From Octopus sinensis (Eukaryota): 64,000 nucleotides of DNA. A model generated the notes under the pieces. The model was not told the DNA's origin. It saw nothing but the letters and a program-made list of their open reading frames with translations, and ran no database searches. The stretch lies in assembly GCF_006345805.1 (NCBI RefSeq), contig NC_042997.1:171616001-171680000 (forward strand), read 5' to 3'. The stretch's first letter is position 1, and each line of letters begins with the position of its first letter. Positions 47,605 to 62,665 of this stretch are shown one piece after another. The translations under genes and the position numbers were made by a program.

Positions 47605-48340
47605 AGTCCACAGCTGAATTGTGGCTACAATCAGTGTAGTAAGCACAATGGAAGGTAGGTTCTGTGAGATTGTAGAAATGCTAGAGCAGTGGCACGTAGA
47701 TATGTGTTGTGTGCAAGAGGTAAGATGGAATGAAGCTTCTATCAGATTGCTCATAGACAAAGAACAAAGGTATAAGTTTTTCTGGACAAGCACTTGTGAT
47801 GGTATAGAGTGAGAAGGCATATTATTAGCAAAGAGATGGGTAGATAAAGTAATTAAGGCAGCCAGTGAGTATTATAGAATAACTGAGCTTAGACTAGTTT
47901 TGGTTAATGCAGAGGTAACATTCATCTTTGCATACACTCCATAACTTGAAATGGCTGATGTACAAATGGAGTAATTATTTAAGCCCTCCCCCCCATCACC
48001 ACCACCACACACTCACACAAGTACAAATGACAATGATTCTATCATCTTGGCTGGTGATTCATTTGACATTTTTAAAAACACTCTGATAGATGCTATGGGG
48101 TAGAGGTAACAGACAGGTTTTGGCTTTGGTTCAAGAAATGAGGAAAAAACAAAGTTATTGGAGTTTTGCAATACTAATTACTTTATAATCAGCAACATTA
48201 AATTCAGGAAACCAGTCAACCATCTGATCGCCTATCAATCTGGTGAACAGATAAGCCAGATAGACATATATTCTTTCCAGGAAATGAGATAGACAGTGGC
48301 TTGTAAATGCTAAGTCTTTCCACGAAGAAGAGTTAATGAC
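47605..48340 (+). pseudogene. RTE ORF2 N-terminal APE endonuclease fragment
   Basis: STMEGRFCEIVEMLEQWHVDMCCVQEVRW...RYKFFW, plus later IILAGD and HLIAYQSG...QIDIYS remnants. Confidence 0.75.
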
Positions 48341-48929
48341 TTTAAACTTAGAACAAGATGGACTCAGAGACACAGGTCAGTTAGGAAAAGAAAGAAAAGG
48401 AAGCTAAGATTCAACAGTCATGATTTCATCATCATCGTCATCGTCGTCATCGTCGTCGTCATCATCATCATCATCATCATCATCACCATAATTATCATCA
48501 TCATCATCTAATGTCGGTTTTCCATGCTGGCATGGGTTAGATGATTTGACAGGAGCTAACCAGCTGGAGAGATTTCCAGGTTCCAGTTGTCTCTTTTGGC
48601 ATGGTTTCTTTGGCTGGATGCCAACCACTATACAGAGGGCAATGGGTGCCTTTACCTGGCACCAACAAGGGTGGCTTTTCACATGGCACCAGCACAAGTA
48701 CAACTTCTTTTTCAAATTCATCATCATGATCATGATCATTATCCTTTAGCATCCATTTTCAATGCTGGCATGGGTTGGATAGTTTGATTTGAGTTGGCGA
48801 GCAGGAGATCTGCACCAAGCTTTTTGTCTGATTTGGCTTGGTTTCAATGGTTGGATGTCCTTCCTAATGCCAACCCCTTTGCAGAATGTACTGGGTGTTT
48901 TTAACATGGAACAGGGCTTTTGCAGGCAA

Positions 48930-49905
48930 AAGCAAGTGTAGCATAATTAACACTCTTGCTGTAAAGAAAGGTTCTTCTTGAGTACAGCAAGGTACCAGAT
49001 ATCTTGGTCCTTTGTCATCTCTGAAAGCTTCAGTGTCCTGAGATTGTCCTTCAGTATTTCATCCCATGTCTTCTTGGGCCTCTCTCTTCTATGATTTCCA
49101 TCCGTTTTGAGTGATCAGCAATTTTTTTATGGAACTGTCAACACCCATCCACATTCCATGAGCAAACTAGCACAGTCTTCTCTCTTGTACACTGCATCTA
49201 ATTCCTCTTCTATAAAAGTTTTCTCTCAATACATTACGATTCTGTTCAGCTAAATACTTCTCAAGTAGTGTGCCGGCTTATGAAAATAGCATCAGTAGTG
49301 CTTCTCCCTGGGGCAAAGCTAAACTGCATTTTATCTAGCCTAATTCTGTTCCTAATTAATTGGGCTATAACGTTTCCCATAATTCCTATCACCTGATCAG
49401 TAATTTGATGTCTCTATAATTGCTTCTATATAAGGCATCTCCTTTACCCTTGTAGCAGTTAATTACGATGCTGCTACACCAGTCACTGGGGAATATGTGT
49501 TCCTGAATAATCTGATTAACTATGTAGGTTGATTAGCTCATATCCTACCTACAGATATTTTGAACATCTCAGCAGTGACTCCTGATGGACGAGTTGCTTT
49601 CTCTATTTTCATATCTTTAATTGCCTTATCTACCATACTGCTGTCCACTAGGATAGCTGGTCCCTCTGTTGGTTCCATGAGGGAGATTTCCTTTATCCCA
49701 TTTGTTCCTCCTTCTCATCAAAGGCTTCATTAAGAACTTCTCTTATTCTATGCCCATTTGAAGGCTCCTTGAGCTTCCACAACCTTCTTTTCCATATTGG
49801 CTTGTGTTTCTGAATCCTTCTGGCCATAAGCCTGAAATCACTAACCACTAACCTATGCTGAGTCATACATTCTTCACCTGGGAAAGATTTTGCATTTATG
49901 ATCAT
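48930..49905 (-). pseudogene. Internally deleted RTE ORF2 fragments
   Basis: INAKSFPGEECMTQHRLVVSDFRL...WKLKEP. Downstream pieces align with 1760-2100 and 480-700. Confidence 0.75.
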
Positions 49906-50304
49906 ACACCAGATGTTTTGGGTCTTACAACATTGACCCTCATGCAGTTGACCTGACCTGACCTAGATTGATTAAACCTAGGTCTGTGTCAAAGCAGCAT
50001 TCTAAAGACACCACCAATCACCTCTTTTCAACTAGAAGTATCAAAATGATTTTGTAGCAGCCTCTATGCTGTTCTTGATGGCTCTTCTTCTGCTCACTCC
50101 TGTAATATCCAGGATTCAATAAGCTTTACTCACAGAACGACCTGTGAACTGCTGATTGCCTCCCTCCACATACAAACACATAGTTCTTCACACATTCCAG
50201 CAACAGTCTGCCACTAAATCCTGATAATATTTTACAAATGGAAAAACCTTATAAATAGGGTGACAATGGTTGTCACCTTTGACTCTCAGAGGAAATAAAT
50301 ATAC

Positions 50305-50403
50305 CTTTTCATATAGTCTCTGCCATAACAAATGTTCAGAAGTGATATTTTATGGTTGCCATGAATTAAAATATTTGTTAAAATATCTTGAGTTACATGA
50401 CAG
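50305..50403 (-). CDS. Candidate internal exon (phase 2/2) of an unidentified gene
   Basis: Acceptor gtttggttttcag, donor AAG|GTATAT. Frame CHVTQDILTNILIHGNHKISLLNICYGRDYMK lies inside a 98-aa non-repetitive ORF. Confidence 0.3.
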
Positions 50404-50819
50404 CTGAAAACCAAACAGTTGAGTAACATATTTATCCATGTTCTATAAATATCAACATAATTCTTCAGATAATACCAATTAAAATTTCCGACAAAAAGAC
50501 AAGCAGGCAAATGACAGATAGCCTTATAAAATAACATTCTGTCTACATGAAATTGTTTTGTGAAGTTCATGTGTTTACTCAATGGAATTCATAGTCTGTG
50601 TTATATCTAAAAACAGTTGTTTAACTTAGAAAAATGATTGCTTGAAAATTCGTAAAACATGAAATCAATTATTGGAGTCCATGTAATTTTAACCTGAAAT
50701 AAAATGCACAGTTTACTCTACATCCATGTATTGAGTACTTAATAACTCTGAATTTCTAACAGATATATATCAGCTTCCTACATACATAGATGCATACCTA
50801 TGTACATAATTACATTCAA

Positions 50820-50877
<58 letters not shown>

Positions 50878-51889
50878 CAAGGTTTATGGCCTAGTAGTTA
50901 GGCTGTTGCATTCATGATTGCTAAATTTCAGGTTTGATTCCCAGACTGGGTGGTGCATTGTGTTCTTGAGCAAGATATTTCATTTCATGTTGCTCCAGTC
51001 CCCTTTTTGATCAAGGAGGAATGTTGACCTGCTCACTTGCTCATTCAAAGGTTAAAATGACACAAAGTACATTGTGGACAGTGATGTATAACAACATCTG
51101 ATAGGTTGGTCAGTCATGAGATCATGACATATATTACAAGAATAAGGATTTAAAGAATCAAACAGAGTTCACAGTAAGCTCTCCACTGAGTGTTCAGATA
51201 TCAAGAAAGACAGTGGTTGAGACTAGCATATAAGATTAACATTGCTGCTCTTCTGAAAATCCAGGGATCACAGTGGTGCAGAGTATGAAATAATTAACCA
51301 AAGTAAAAGAAGAGAGAGAAGAAATGTTTACTTCATTTGTTGACAGCTGTTTCATAATCTGTATCCAGTTATATCAGTGATACTAAAAAATCCAGTTGCA
51401 TACCTAATTATACATATAGATGATCATATTTAAATATCTAATTGTACTGTTACAAAATCAATCAAATTATTCATCAGAATGCTTCATGGCTTGTAAACAT
51501 TGAGCTTTGCTAAATTTAGTTAGGTTTCCTCATTTATATAGCTGCAGATTAAGATATATCTGTTAAGCTTATTTTGTATTATACCTTACAGTGATCAACC
51601 ACTAAAGTTTGGTAAACAAATTGATGATTAGTTACTTTATTTTTTGTTTTATTGTTTGTATCTTCTGATTCTATTTATCTTCTAATTTTTTTTTAAGTAC
51701 ATTCTATTTATGGGCATTCTTCCATCTGTTGAACTGAGGAAGTTTTACAGATACATTCCAAGTCTGCTGCTATGTAATGAGGTAATCTAATTAAATTTAT
51801 CAGAGTCAGATTTTTACAAGTCATGAAACATTCTAACGAGTAATCTGACTTATTATGTTACTGCACTATTATTTATTCTATCTCGACTA

Positions 51890-52575
51890 GAGAAGAAGTT
51901 GCAAGTATGGGAGCAAGGTCTGCAACTGGGCTGGTATGGTCATATGATGCATATGGATGAGGACAGCTGTGTAAAGAAGTGCCAATTTCTAACTGTGAAG
52001 GGAACCTGTGGAGGGAACCTGTGGTAGAGGTAGACCAAGGAAGACATGAAACGATGATTTTCGAACTTTGAGCCCCACAGAGTCAATGACTAATAGCCTT
52101 TAGCAATGTGCTGTGCTTGAGAGAACACATCAAGCCAAGTGCATCCATACTGGTGCCATATAAAGAACACCTTTTGACCATTCAGCCTCACAGAGGCAAA
52201 GTGGTTGAGTTCCTTTTGAGCGTTGGCTCTCATGAAGGCAATGACCGAGACCTTTGGCATTATGTCGTGCTTGAGAAGAAGACCCATCAAGACGAGCAAA
52301 ATTGCAGTCGTGGCAGACACTGGTGTCATGCAAATTGGCACCCATGCCAGTGGCACAAAAAAACACCCCAGTGTCATACAAATGGCACTCACGCCAGTAG
52401 TACGTTAAAGCAGCAGTTACACTATAAGAGTGGTTAGCATTAGGAAGGGCATCCAGCCATGGAAAACCATACCAAATCAAACTGGAGTCTGGTACAGCCT
52501 TCCAGTGTGCCAGCCCAATCAAACTGTCCAATCCATGCCAGCAGGGACAACGGATGTTAAATGATGATGATGATA
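51890..52575 (+). mobile_element. RTE 3' end (ORF2 C-terminus + UTR + (GAT)n tail)
   Basis: LGWYGHMMHMDEDSCVKKC... followed by ttaggaagggcatccagc...gatgttaaatgatgatgat. Confidence 0.75.
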
Positions 52576-52602
52576 TATGTGCATCTATATATATATATAT
52601 AT

Positions 52603-52734
52603 ATTTATTATATAGAAGGAGCTTCTACAGGACTAGTACTGTTTCATTCAAGAGAAATCTTCAGGAAGCTTCCTGAAGATTTCTCTTGAATGAAACAGTA
52701 CTAGTCCTGTAGAAGCTCCTTCTATATAATAAAT
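52603..52734. repeat. Perfect 132-bp palindrome with no spacer
   Basis: atttattatatagaaggagcttc...caggaag|cttcctg...gaagctccttctatataataaat. Axis lies between 52668 and 52669. Confidence 0.95.
52667..52717 (+). ncRNA. Type I hammerhead ribozyme motif (mirror copy on - strand, 52620-52670)
   Basis: Stem I agcttc/gaagct, core CTGAAGA (52673-52679), short stem II ttc-tctt-gaa, GAAA (52692-52695), stem III ACAG/CTGT, triplet GTA. Confidence 0.7.
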
Positions 52735-52812
52735 TAATTTTACTCTGCTATGTATTGAGTACCTTACTTACTGTGGTTAACCCCGGATCAACCCGGGACC
52801 TACATATATATA

Positions 52813-52843
<31 letters not shown>

Positions 52844-52849
52844 ATTATA

Positions 52850-53250
52850 CAAAATATGGGGCTTTAGTTCACAGGTGATCTAAATGGTTAGGTACACCAG
52901 GTAAGTGCTGTAACAGATTACTAGGGCTCCAAGGTTATAGCCGAGACAGTAATTATGGAGCCATTGCAGATTTCTGATATAGTGGATATATAATTGTTAA
53001 AGAGGACAACAAACATTAAGGCAAGGCAAATATTTCAAGTCTGGTGAATTGCACAATCACTCTATTAACTGTAGAAAGCGGGATCCCAAGGTTTTCTGTG
53101 ATTTTACACTAAGTCTACCTTCAAATTGACTGACAACACAGCCGCTTTGAAATTCAGACAGTTCCAAGGCTTCTTCTGTATGTGGCAAGATTAAATAGTC
53201 GCATACAGAACCCAAAACATAAAAACGTTAATTAATGAAAAATATAAACA
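52850..53250 (-). mobile_element. Tc1-like transposase N-terminal remnant
   Basis: ELSEFQSGCVV...LGIPLSTVNRVIVQFTR, pieced across a frameshift. Confidence 0.5.
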
Positions 53251-53369
53251 TTTTCAAAAAATATAAACATTTATAAAAATATAAACAGAAAACGATGTTT
53301 TATGGGGTGTCTATGTACGTCTGTTGGGTTTGTATGTGTGTGTAGATGTATATATATATATATATATAC

Positions 53370-53413
<44 letters not shown>

Positions 53414-53450
53414 TCATGTGTATGTGTATATATACATGTACACACATACA

Positions 53451-54295
53451 CAAGGTGCAGTGAATATATTGTTGCCTAAATTATGTGGAAATGAAAATAA
53501 TACTGACATGTTATTTTAACAGATATATTAACAAAAATTACAAAAAAAATATCTTGAAATACTAAAGAGTAACTTTATTCAAAAAAATCGCCATTGACTT
53601 CAACCACGGCCTCCAGATGACTTCGAAATCTCCTGCAACTATTCTGGACGTTCCCCTTGTTTAAGTTGGTAAATGCTGTTATAATCCTTGCCTTCAGTTC
53701 ATCTTTGGTTTTACAAGGAATTTGGTTTGTCTCTCTGTGACCCACACATAATAATCAAAGTGGCTGCAGTCTGGAGAGCTGGGTGGCTAGATTTTAGGGG
53801 TGATGTGGTTGCAGAAATTATCTGACAGCCATGACTGGGTTCTCCTGCTTGTGTGGCATGGTGCAGAGTCCTGCTGCCAGACATAGGGTCTTCAAGCAGC
53901 CACCCTCTTCACCCAGAGCAGCACTACCGCCTCCAGGCCGCCATGTTGAGTCTGATGCCATGTGGGGAGATGAATGGAGGCATAACATTGCCATCACTAT
54001 TGATCATTCCAAACACCATGATGTTGACTGGATGTTTGATTTTTTATCACTCTCAGTACATGCTTTGGGGACAATCTGTCCTCAGATTGACACCCAAACA
54101 TGTGGAATGTTTGTATTAGAACCTCTGATGCAAATATCAAGCATGTCATTTCCAAATTTCTGGTAGAGTGAATTGCATTATGGTGGCATTTATTCTCACA
54201 GACAGTGCCCAACTGACTCTACGTAGTTGACAAAATCAAAAACAATACGTGAAATTAAAAATATAAAATGGTGACAATTTAGCCATTGCACCCTG
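53451..54295 (-). mobile_element. Internally deleted maT/DD37D-like transposon
   Basis: TIRs caaggtgcag / gcaccctg-TA. Motifs QQDSAPCHTSRRTQSWLSDNF and PPSSPDC..FDYYVW. Confidence 0.8.
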
Positions 54296-55389
54296 TATAT
54301 GTATATATATATATTCTTTTATTTGTTTCAGTCATATGACTGTGGCCATGCTGGAGCACATATATGGAGACACCTGGCTTAGGGGTTCAGGTGTTATACT
54401 CATGATCATAAGACTGACGTTTCAATCTTTGGATCAGGCAATCTGTAGTGATCTTGAGTAAAACACTTCATTTCATATTAGTCCAGTCCACCCATCTGGC
54501 AAAAGTTGGTAAGCCTGCAATGGACTGGTTTTCCATCCAGGGTGGGGGGAGATTGTTTCCGGAAACCAGGAAACCATCTTCATGAACCTATGGCAGAGGG
54601 AGTACCTTTGATCCCTTTTTTCTTGATGTACACACACATTATGAGTTATTGCACAGTTTCTGTCAACTAAATTTCCCTCATGCTTTTTTTTTACTCAGTA
54701 TTGAGTAACTCAATACAAACTTATAGTTGAAAGGGCACTTTTTGAAATCACCATATAGAAGAATTGAACCTAGAACTATATGGTAATGAAAGGAATTTCT
54801 TAACCACGCAGCCATATATTTAAAAGGAAAAATAATAAATAACAGCAAAACAAAAAAAAAAGAAAAATCAAAAGAAGAAAGAAAAGGAAAAGGAAATACG
54901 AGGACAAGAAGTTTACAGCTAGATCACCTCTAATTCTAAGTCTGCTTCAGCAAGGCTGACCTGAGGCTGATCAACAACTATGACAGTTATTCCGACTAAT
55001 TCTATCAGCACCATGCCAAGATTAGAGTCTCTATGAATGGTATTACAGAATATAGTCACAAGTTTTATTGCTACTACGTGCGCAGCCTAAACCCAGGCAG
55101 TCTTTCAGTCTGATTTGGTTAACAAATATTTATTGCAAACATTATATTGTCAGCCTGAAGAAACGTATACAAATATATAAATCAAAAATTTACTTTAATG
55201 AAATTTCAATATTTCTGTTTGAATCTCAGGCATTTTTGTTTTCTTCTTTTCTCTCGTCACAGTTAGGTTATTAGTTAGGTTACTGTGAGAAATTTTTCAC
55301 CTTGTTTATATAGACACTCACACTGTCTCTCTTTCTGTATGTTATATACATACACAGAATGATACAAAAAAATATATATGTATGTATAT

Positions 55390-55590
55390 GTATATATATG
55401 TGTTGATGTTAGCCACTACACACATTTTTTTTCTCTCCTTGTTTTTTCTGAGTACCTATCTGTAGAAGAGCGTAGGCTCGAAATGTAAAAGACTTTTTCT
55501 ATTCCTGAGCGTTATACTAATACATCTGTTTGTTTTGTACACCACCTGTGTTCATCTTTTGTTTATTTTCGTAAACTTTCCCTTTATATA
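55390..55590 (+). repeat. Penelope-like-derived mini-element between (TA)n tracts with a degenerate hammerhead-like motif
   Basis: CTGTAGA-a-gagc-gtag-gctc-GAAA-tgta at 55460-55487. Confidence 0.5.
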
Positions 55591-56358
55591 TATATATATA
55601 TACAAATTAAGATAGGGGTTAGGTGTGTGAAAATGTGTATGTGTACATATGTATGTTTTTGTACATATAGGTATGATCGTGGGTGGATGTACGGATGTAT
55701 GTTTTTATTACACATATGAGCATGCAGGTGCGTACTTGGATATGTATATATATATATGCGAATATTTATTCATGGGTGGATATAAATATAGGTTTTATTT
55801 GTACGTATGAGTGCGCAGATATATATTTAAATATATATATATGTGTGATCGAAAGTTCTCTGACACAGTATAGGAAAGTGTATTAATATTTATGCGTATA
55901 TGCGGATGTGCGTGTGAGTGTGTGTGTTAGTGTTAGACACTGCTTCCTGTACTGATTTGTCTATAAGCCATGCGATGACAGAAATACACTCTGCAATTTG
56001 TGAATGTGTAGAGATGTGTCGGGGTGTATTCATGTGTGTGTGAGTTTCTGTGTGGATGTGTAGGTTTAGGGTTAGATGTGGATATGTATGTTTTGCTTGT
56101 ACCAACCGTGAGGAAGATAATGATAATTTTAAATTCAAATCCAATAGTGTATTTATGTCATAAGGAAAATTACTAAATGGAACCCGGACATACATATATA
56201 CCGCTCTGGATCCTTATGTAAGCGTTATTAATAATATTATGAATGATAATAATGATAACATTAATGGTATTGACAACGATAATGATGCTAACTTTAATGA
56301 CACTTTAGAAATTAATATGAAGTAATATAATGTACTATTGACTATATATATTTGCATC

Positions 56359-56424
56359 TAGGTACTAATTTGTGTATGTTTAGGTACTAATTTGTGTATG
56401 TTTAGGTACTAATTTGTGTATGTT
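56359..56424. repeat. 22-bp minisatellite x3
   Basis: taggtactaatttgtgtatgtt repeated three times exactly. Confidence 0.95.
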
Positions 56425-56628
56425 TATTATCACAATATTAAGTCGAAAAACTGAGACATTGAATGTGGAACACATATATATGTTTACTAATTTATATTAT
56501 TTATTTATATCATTATGTATATGTATATTTTTATATGTATAGGAGTGTGAGTATGTGCACTCATATGTATATGTTGTATTATGGGTATGCACCCACAACC
56601 ATGTGGGTATATATATAGACTGATTTAT

Positions 56629-56768
56629 ATTACATAATCTCCGAAGAGGCCTTATGATATTTTTGTAAATGCCTCATTTATATCTATATATTGACCTGCC
56701 ATAAAAGGCTAATATTGGTAAAATGAGACATACTTATCTGCATGGCTGAAACAGCTGTAAGATGTAAT
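56629..56768 (+). ncRNA. Type I hammerhead-like motif with U4C core and ~90-nt loop II
   Basis: Stem I attac(ata)atct/agatgtaat, CCGAAGA (56641-56647), stem II ggcc/ggct, GAAA (56748-56751), stem III AC-agct-GT, triplet GTA. Confidence 0.6.
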
Positions 56769-57006
56769 CTATACTTATGTTTATGTTTGCTTATATTTAT
56801 ATTCTCTTTTATATATATTCTACTTATTATACAACATTACTCTTTTATGTACACTTTTTTATGTACATTCCTTTATGTACACTGATTTGTGCTGCTTTTT
56901 ATATTTAACCCTACAGTCTCTTATGTGGTGGTTTAATAAAGTATGTGATTGAGTATTATCTGGTAATTGATATTTGATTTAGATGTATTTCTCCATTTTC
57001 TTATCT

Positions 57007-57040
<34 letters not shown>

Positions 57041-57042
<2 letters not shown>

Positions 57043-58578
57043 AGAAAAGCAACAAGAATGGATTAAAATCTCGGTACGATCGTTTCGTACGAGGACATCT
57101 TTAATAAGCTACAAAAAATGCAGTGAATACAGATGGCCCGTACTCGTCAGCCGAAAAAACATCAGAGAATTCCCAAACATCAAAAGGGGTAGATACAAAA
57201 GAGGTTGTAAGATTAACTGCATTGAAGAAAGTTCGATTCATGGAGATCCGATGAAAGGTATTAAACCTATAGAATTTATGCATGTCTACATATAGCTCAT
57301 ACTGAATATTTGATCAAGTTGTGTGAAGAAATTTTCGGATACAGTCATGCAAAATTTCTGAAAATCCGAGTAAGAGGCAAAGTGACTGCCCTATCATGTA
57401 GAGGAAAGTCTGAGTAAAAGCCTAGTGACTGCCATATCGTGTAGAGGAACAGATTGTTATTGAAATTTACAAGAATCGCAGATAAGTTTGATCTTTTGGA
57501 GATCCGATGAAAAAGTCTTGAACTTACAAAATTTGTGTATGTCCTTATAGTTCATAATCCAGTTTTGTGGAGGGATTTAGGGTACAATCATGCGAAAATA
57601 TCAGGGAATCCGAATGAGAAGCAAAATGACAGTCTTATACTGTAGTGGTTCATGTTGTTAATGAAATTTTCAAGAATCACAGGAAGAGGAGGAGGGAGGT
57701 AGAAATTTAATCAGGGAGGTAGAAATTTGACCTCTTTGTAACCTGACAATCTATTAATAGTAACATTTATAAATAAAGAAAAAAATTGTTGACCTCAGTT
57801 CGATTTTTGTTCTAAACAAACTTAGACTTTTTTGTTAGTATCAACTTGTGCCCATCCCCTTAGCTTCCCCTTTCCTTTCTCTTTGACAGCTTAGATAGCA
57901 GTAACTGATTAAATTTCTACCTCCCTCCTCCTCTTTCTGTGATTCTTGAAAATTTCATTAACAACATGAACCACTACAGTATAAGACTGTCATTTTGCTT
58001 CTCATTCGGATTCCCTGATATTTTCGCATGATTGTACCCTAAATCCCTCCACAAAACTGGATTATGAACTATAAGGACATACACAAATTTTGTAAGTTCA
58101 AGACTTTTTCATCGGATCTCCAAAAGATCGAACTTATCTGCGATTCTTGTAAATTTCAATAACAATCTGTTCCTCTACACGATATGACAGTCACTAGGCT
58201 TTTACTCAGACTTTCCTCTACATGATAGGGCAGTCACTTTGCCTCTTACTCGGATTTTCAGAAATTTTGCATGACTGTATCCGAAAATTTCTTCACACAA
58301 CTTGATCAAATATTCAATATGAGCTATATGTAGACATGCATAAATTCTATAGGTTTAATACCTTTCATCGGATCTCCATGAATCGAACTTTCTTCAATGC
58401 AGTTAATCTTACAACCTCTTTTGTATCTACCCCTTTTGATGTTTGGGAATTCTCTGATGTTTTTTCGGCTGACGAGTACGGGCCATCTGTATTCACTGCA
58501 TTTTTTGTAGCTTATTAAAGATGCCCTCGTACGAAACGATCGTACCGAGATTTTAATCCATTCTTGTTGCTTTTTTCC
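57041..58578. mobile_element. Foldback-type non-autonomous DNA element: 674-bp inverted arms (57041-57714, 57905-58578) and 190-bp spacer
   Basis: Arms are near-identical in inverted orientation. Termini TA-GGAGAAAAGCAACAAG / CTTGTTGCTTTTTTCC-TA. The same 60-aa spurious ORF appears on opposite strands. Confidence 0.9.
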
Positions 58579-58697
58579 TATTTGTAATCACTCCACTTGT
58601 CGTATGGTTAACACCATATAGATTTCCGGTGCATCCTAGTTAAGGACCATATTCATGTGAATTCTTTAGAATTCACTAGAATCTCAATTACTTAACC

Positions 58698-61965
<3,268 letters not shown>

Positions 61966-62622
61966 TACATACATACATTCTTTTATTATTTTATATGTTT
62001 CAGCTTTGTATGTATATGTGTGTATATGTTTGCATATCTGCATTTGTCGCACCACCATTGCTTGACAACTGACGTTGGTTTGTTTACATCTTCATAACTT
62101 AGCACCTTGGCAAAAGAGACCAGTAGAAAAAATAATAGACTTACAAAGAATAACTCCAGGGGTCAATTTGTTCAACTAAAGGTGATGCTCCAGCATGGCC
62201 GCAGTCAAATGACTGAAACAAATAAAAGAATAAAAGAATACATACAAACATACATACATACATATATACATACATATATATATTTTTATTTATATGCAAT
62301 ATATGCTATATGTTTATATATCTAAATGTCTGCATATATATGTATGTATATATACATACACACACACACATACATACATACATACCTACATACATACAAA
62401 CATACATATACATACATTCATACATACATATATATATTTTTATTTATATGCAATATATGCTATATGTTTATATATCCAAATGTCTGCATATAGATGTATG
62501 TATATATACATAAACACATGCATACAAACATGCATACATACATACATACATACATACATACATACATACATGCATGCATGCATGCATGCATGCACGCACG
62601 CACGCACGCATGCACACACACA

Positions 62623-62665
<43 letters not shown>

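Noticed and set aside
56062-56075. TTAGGG-like sequence
   Set aside because: Only one or two units; not an interstitial telomeric array.
55890-56195. 101-aa minus-strand ORF, and a possible GIY-YIG tail on the plus strand upstream of the 56629 ribozyme
   Set aside because: Half is CA-repeat derived, and I could not match any Penelope RT or endonuclease motif with confidence.
57101-58518. Identical 60-aa ORF on both strands (MHKFYRFNTF...)
   Set aside because: A by-product of the inverted arms, with no recognisable motif.
58657-58676. Small palindrome gtgaattct-tt-agaattcac
   Set aside because: Nine-bp arms are expected by chance in AT-rich DNA of this length.
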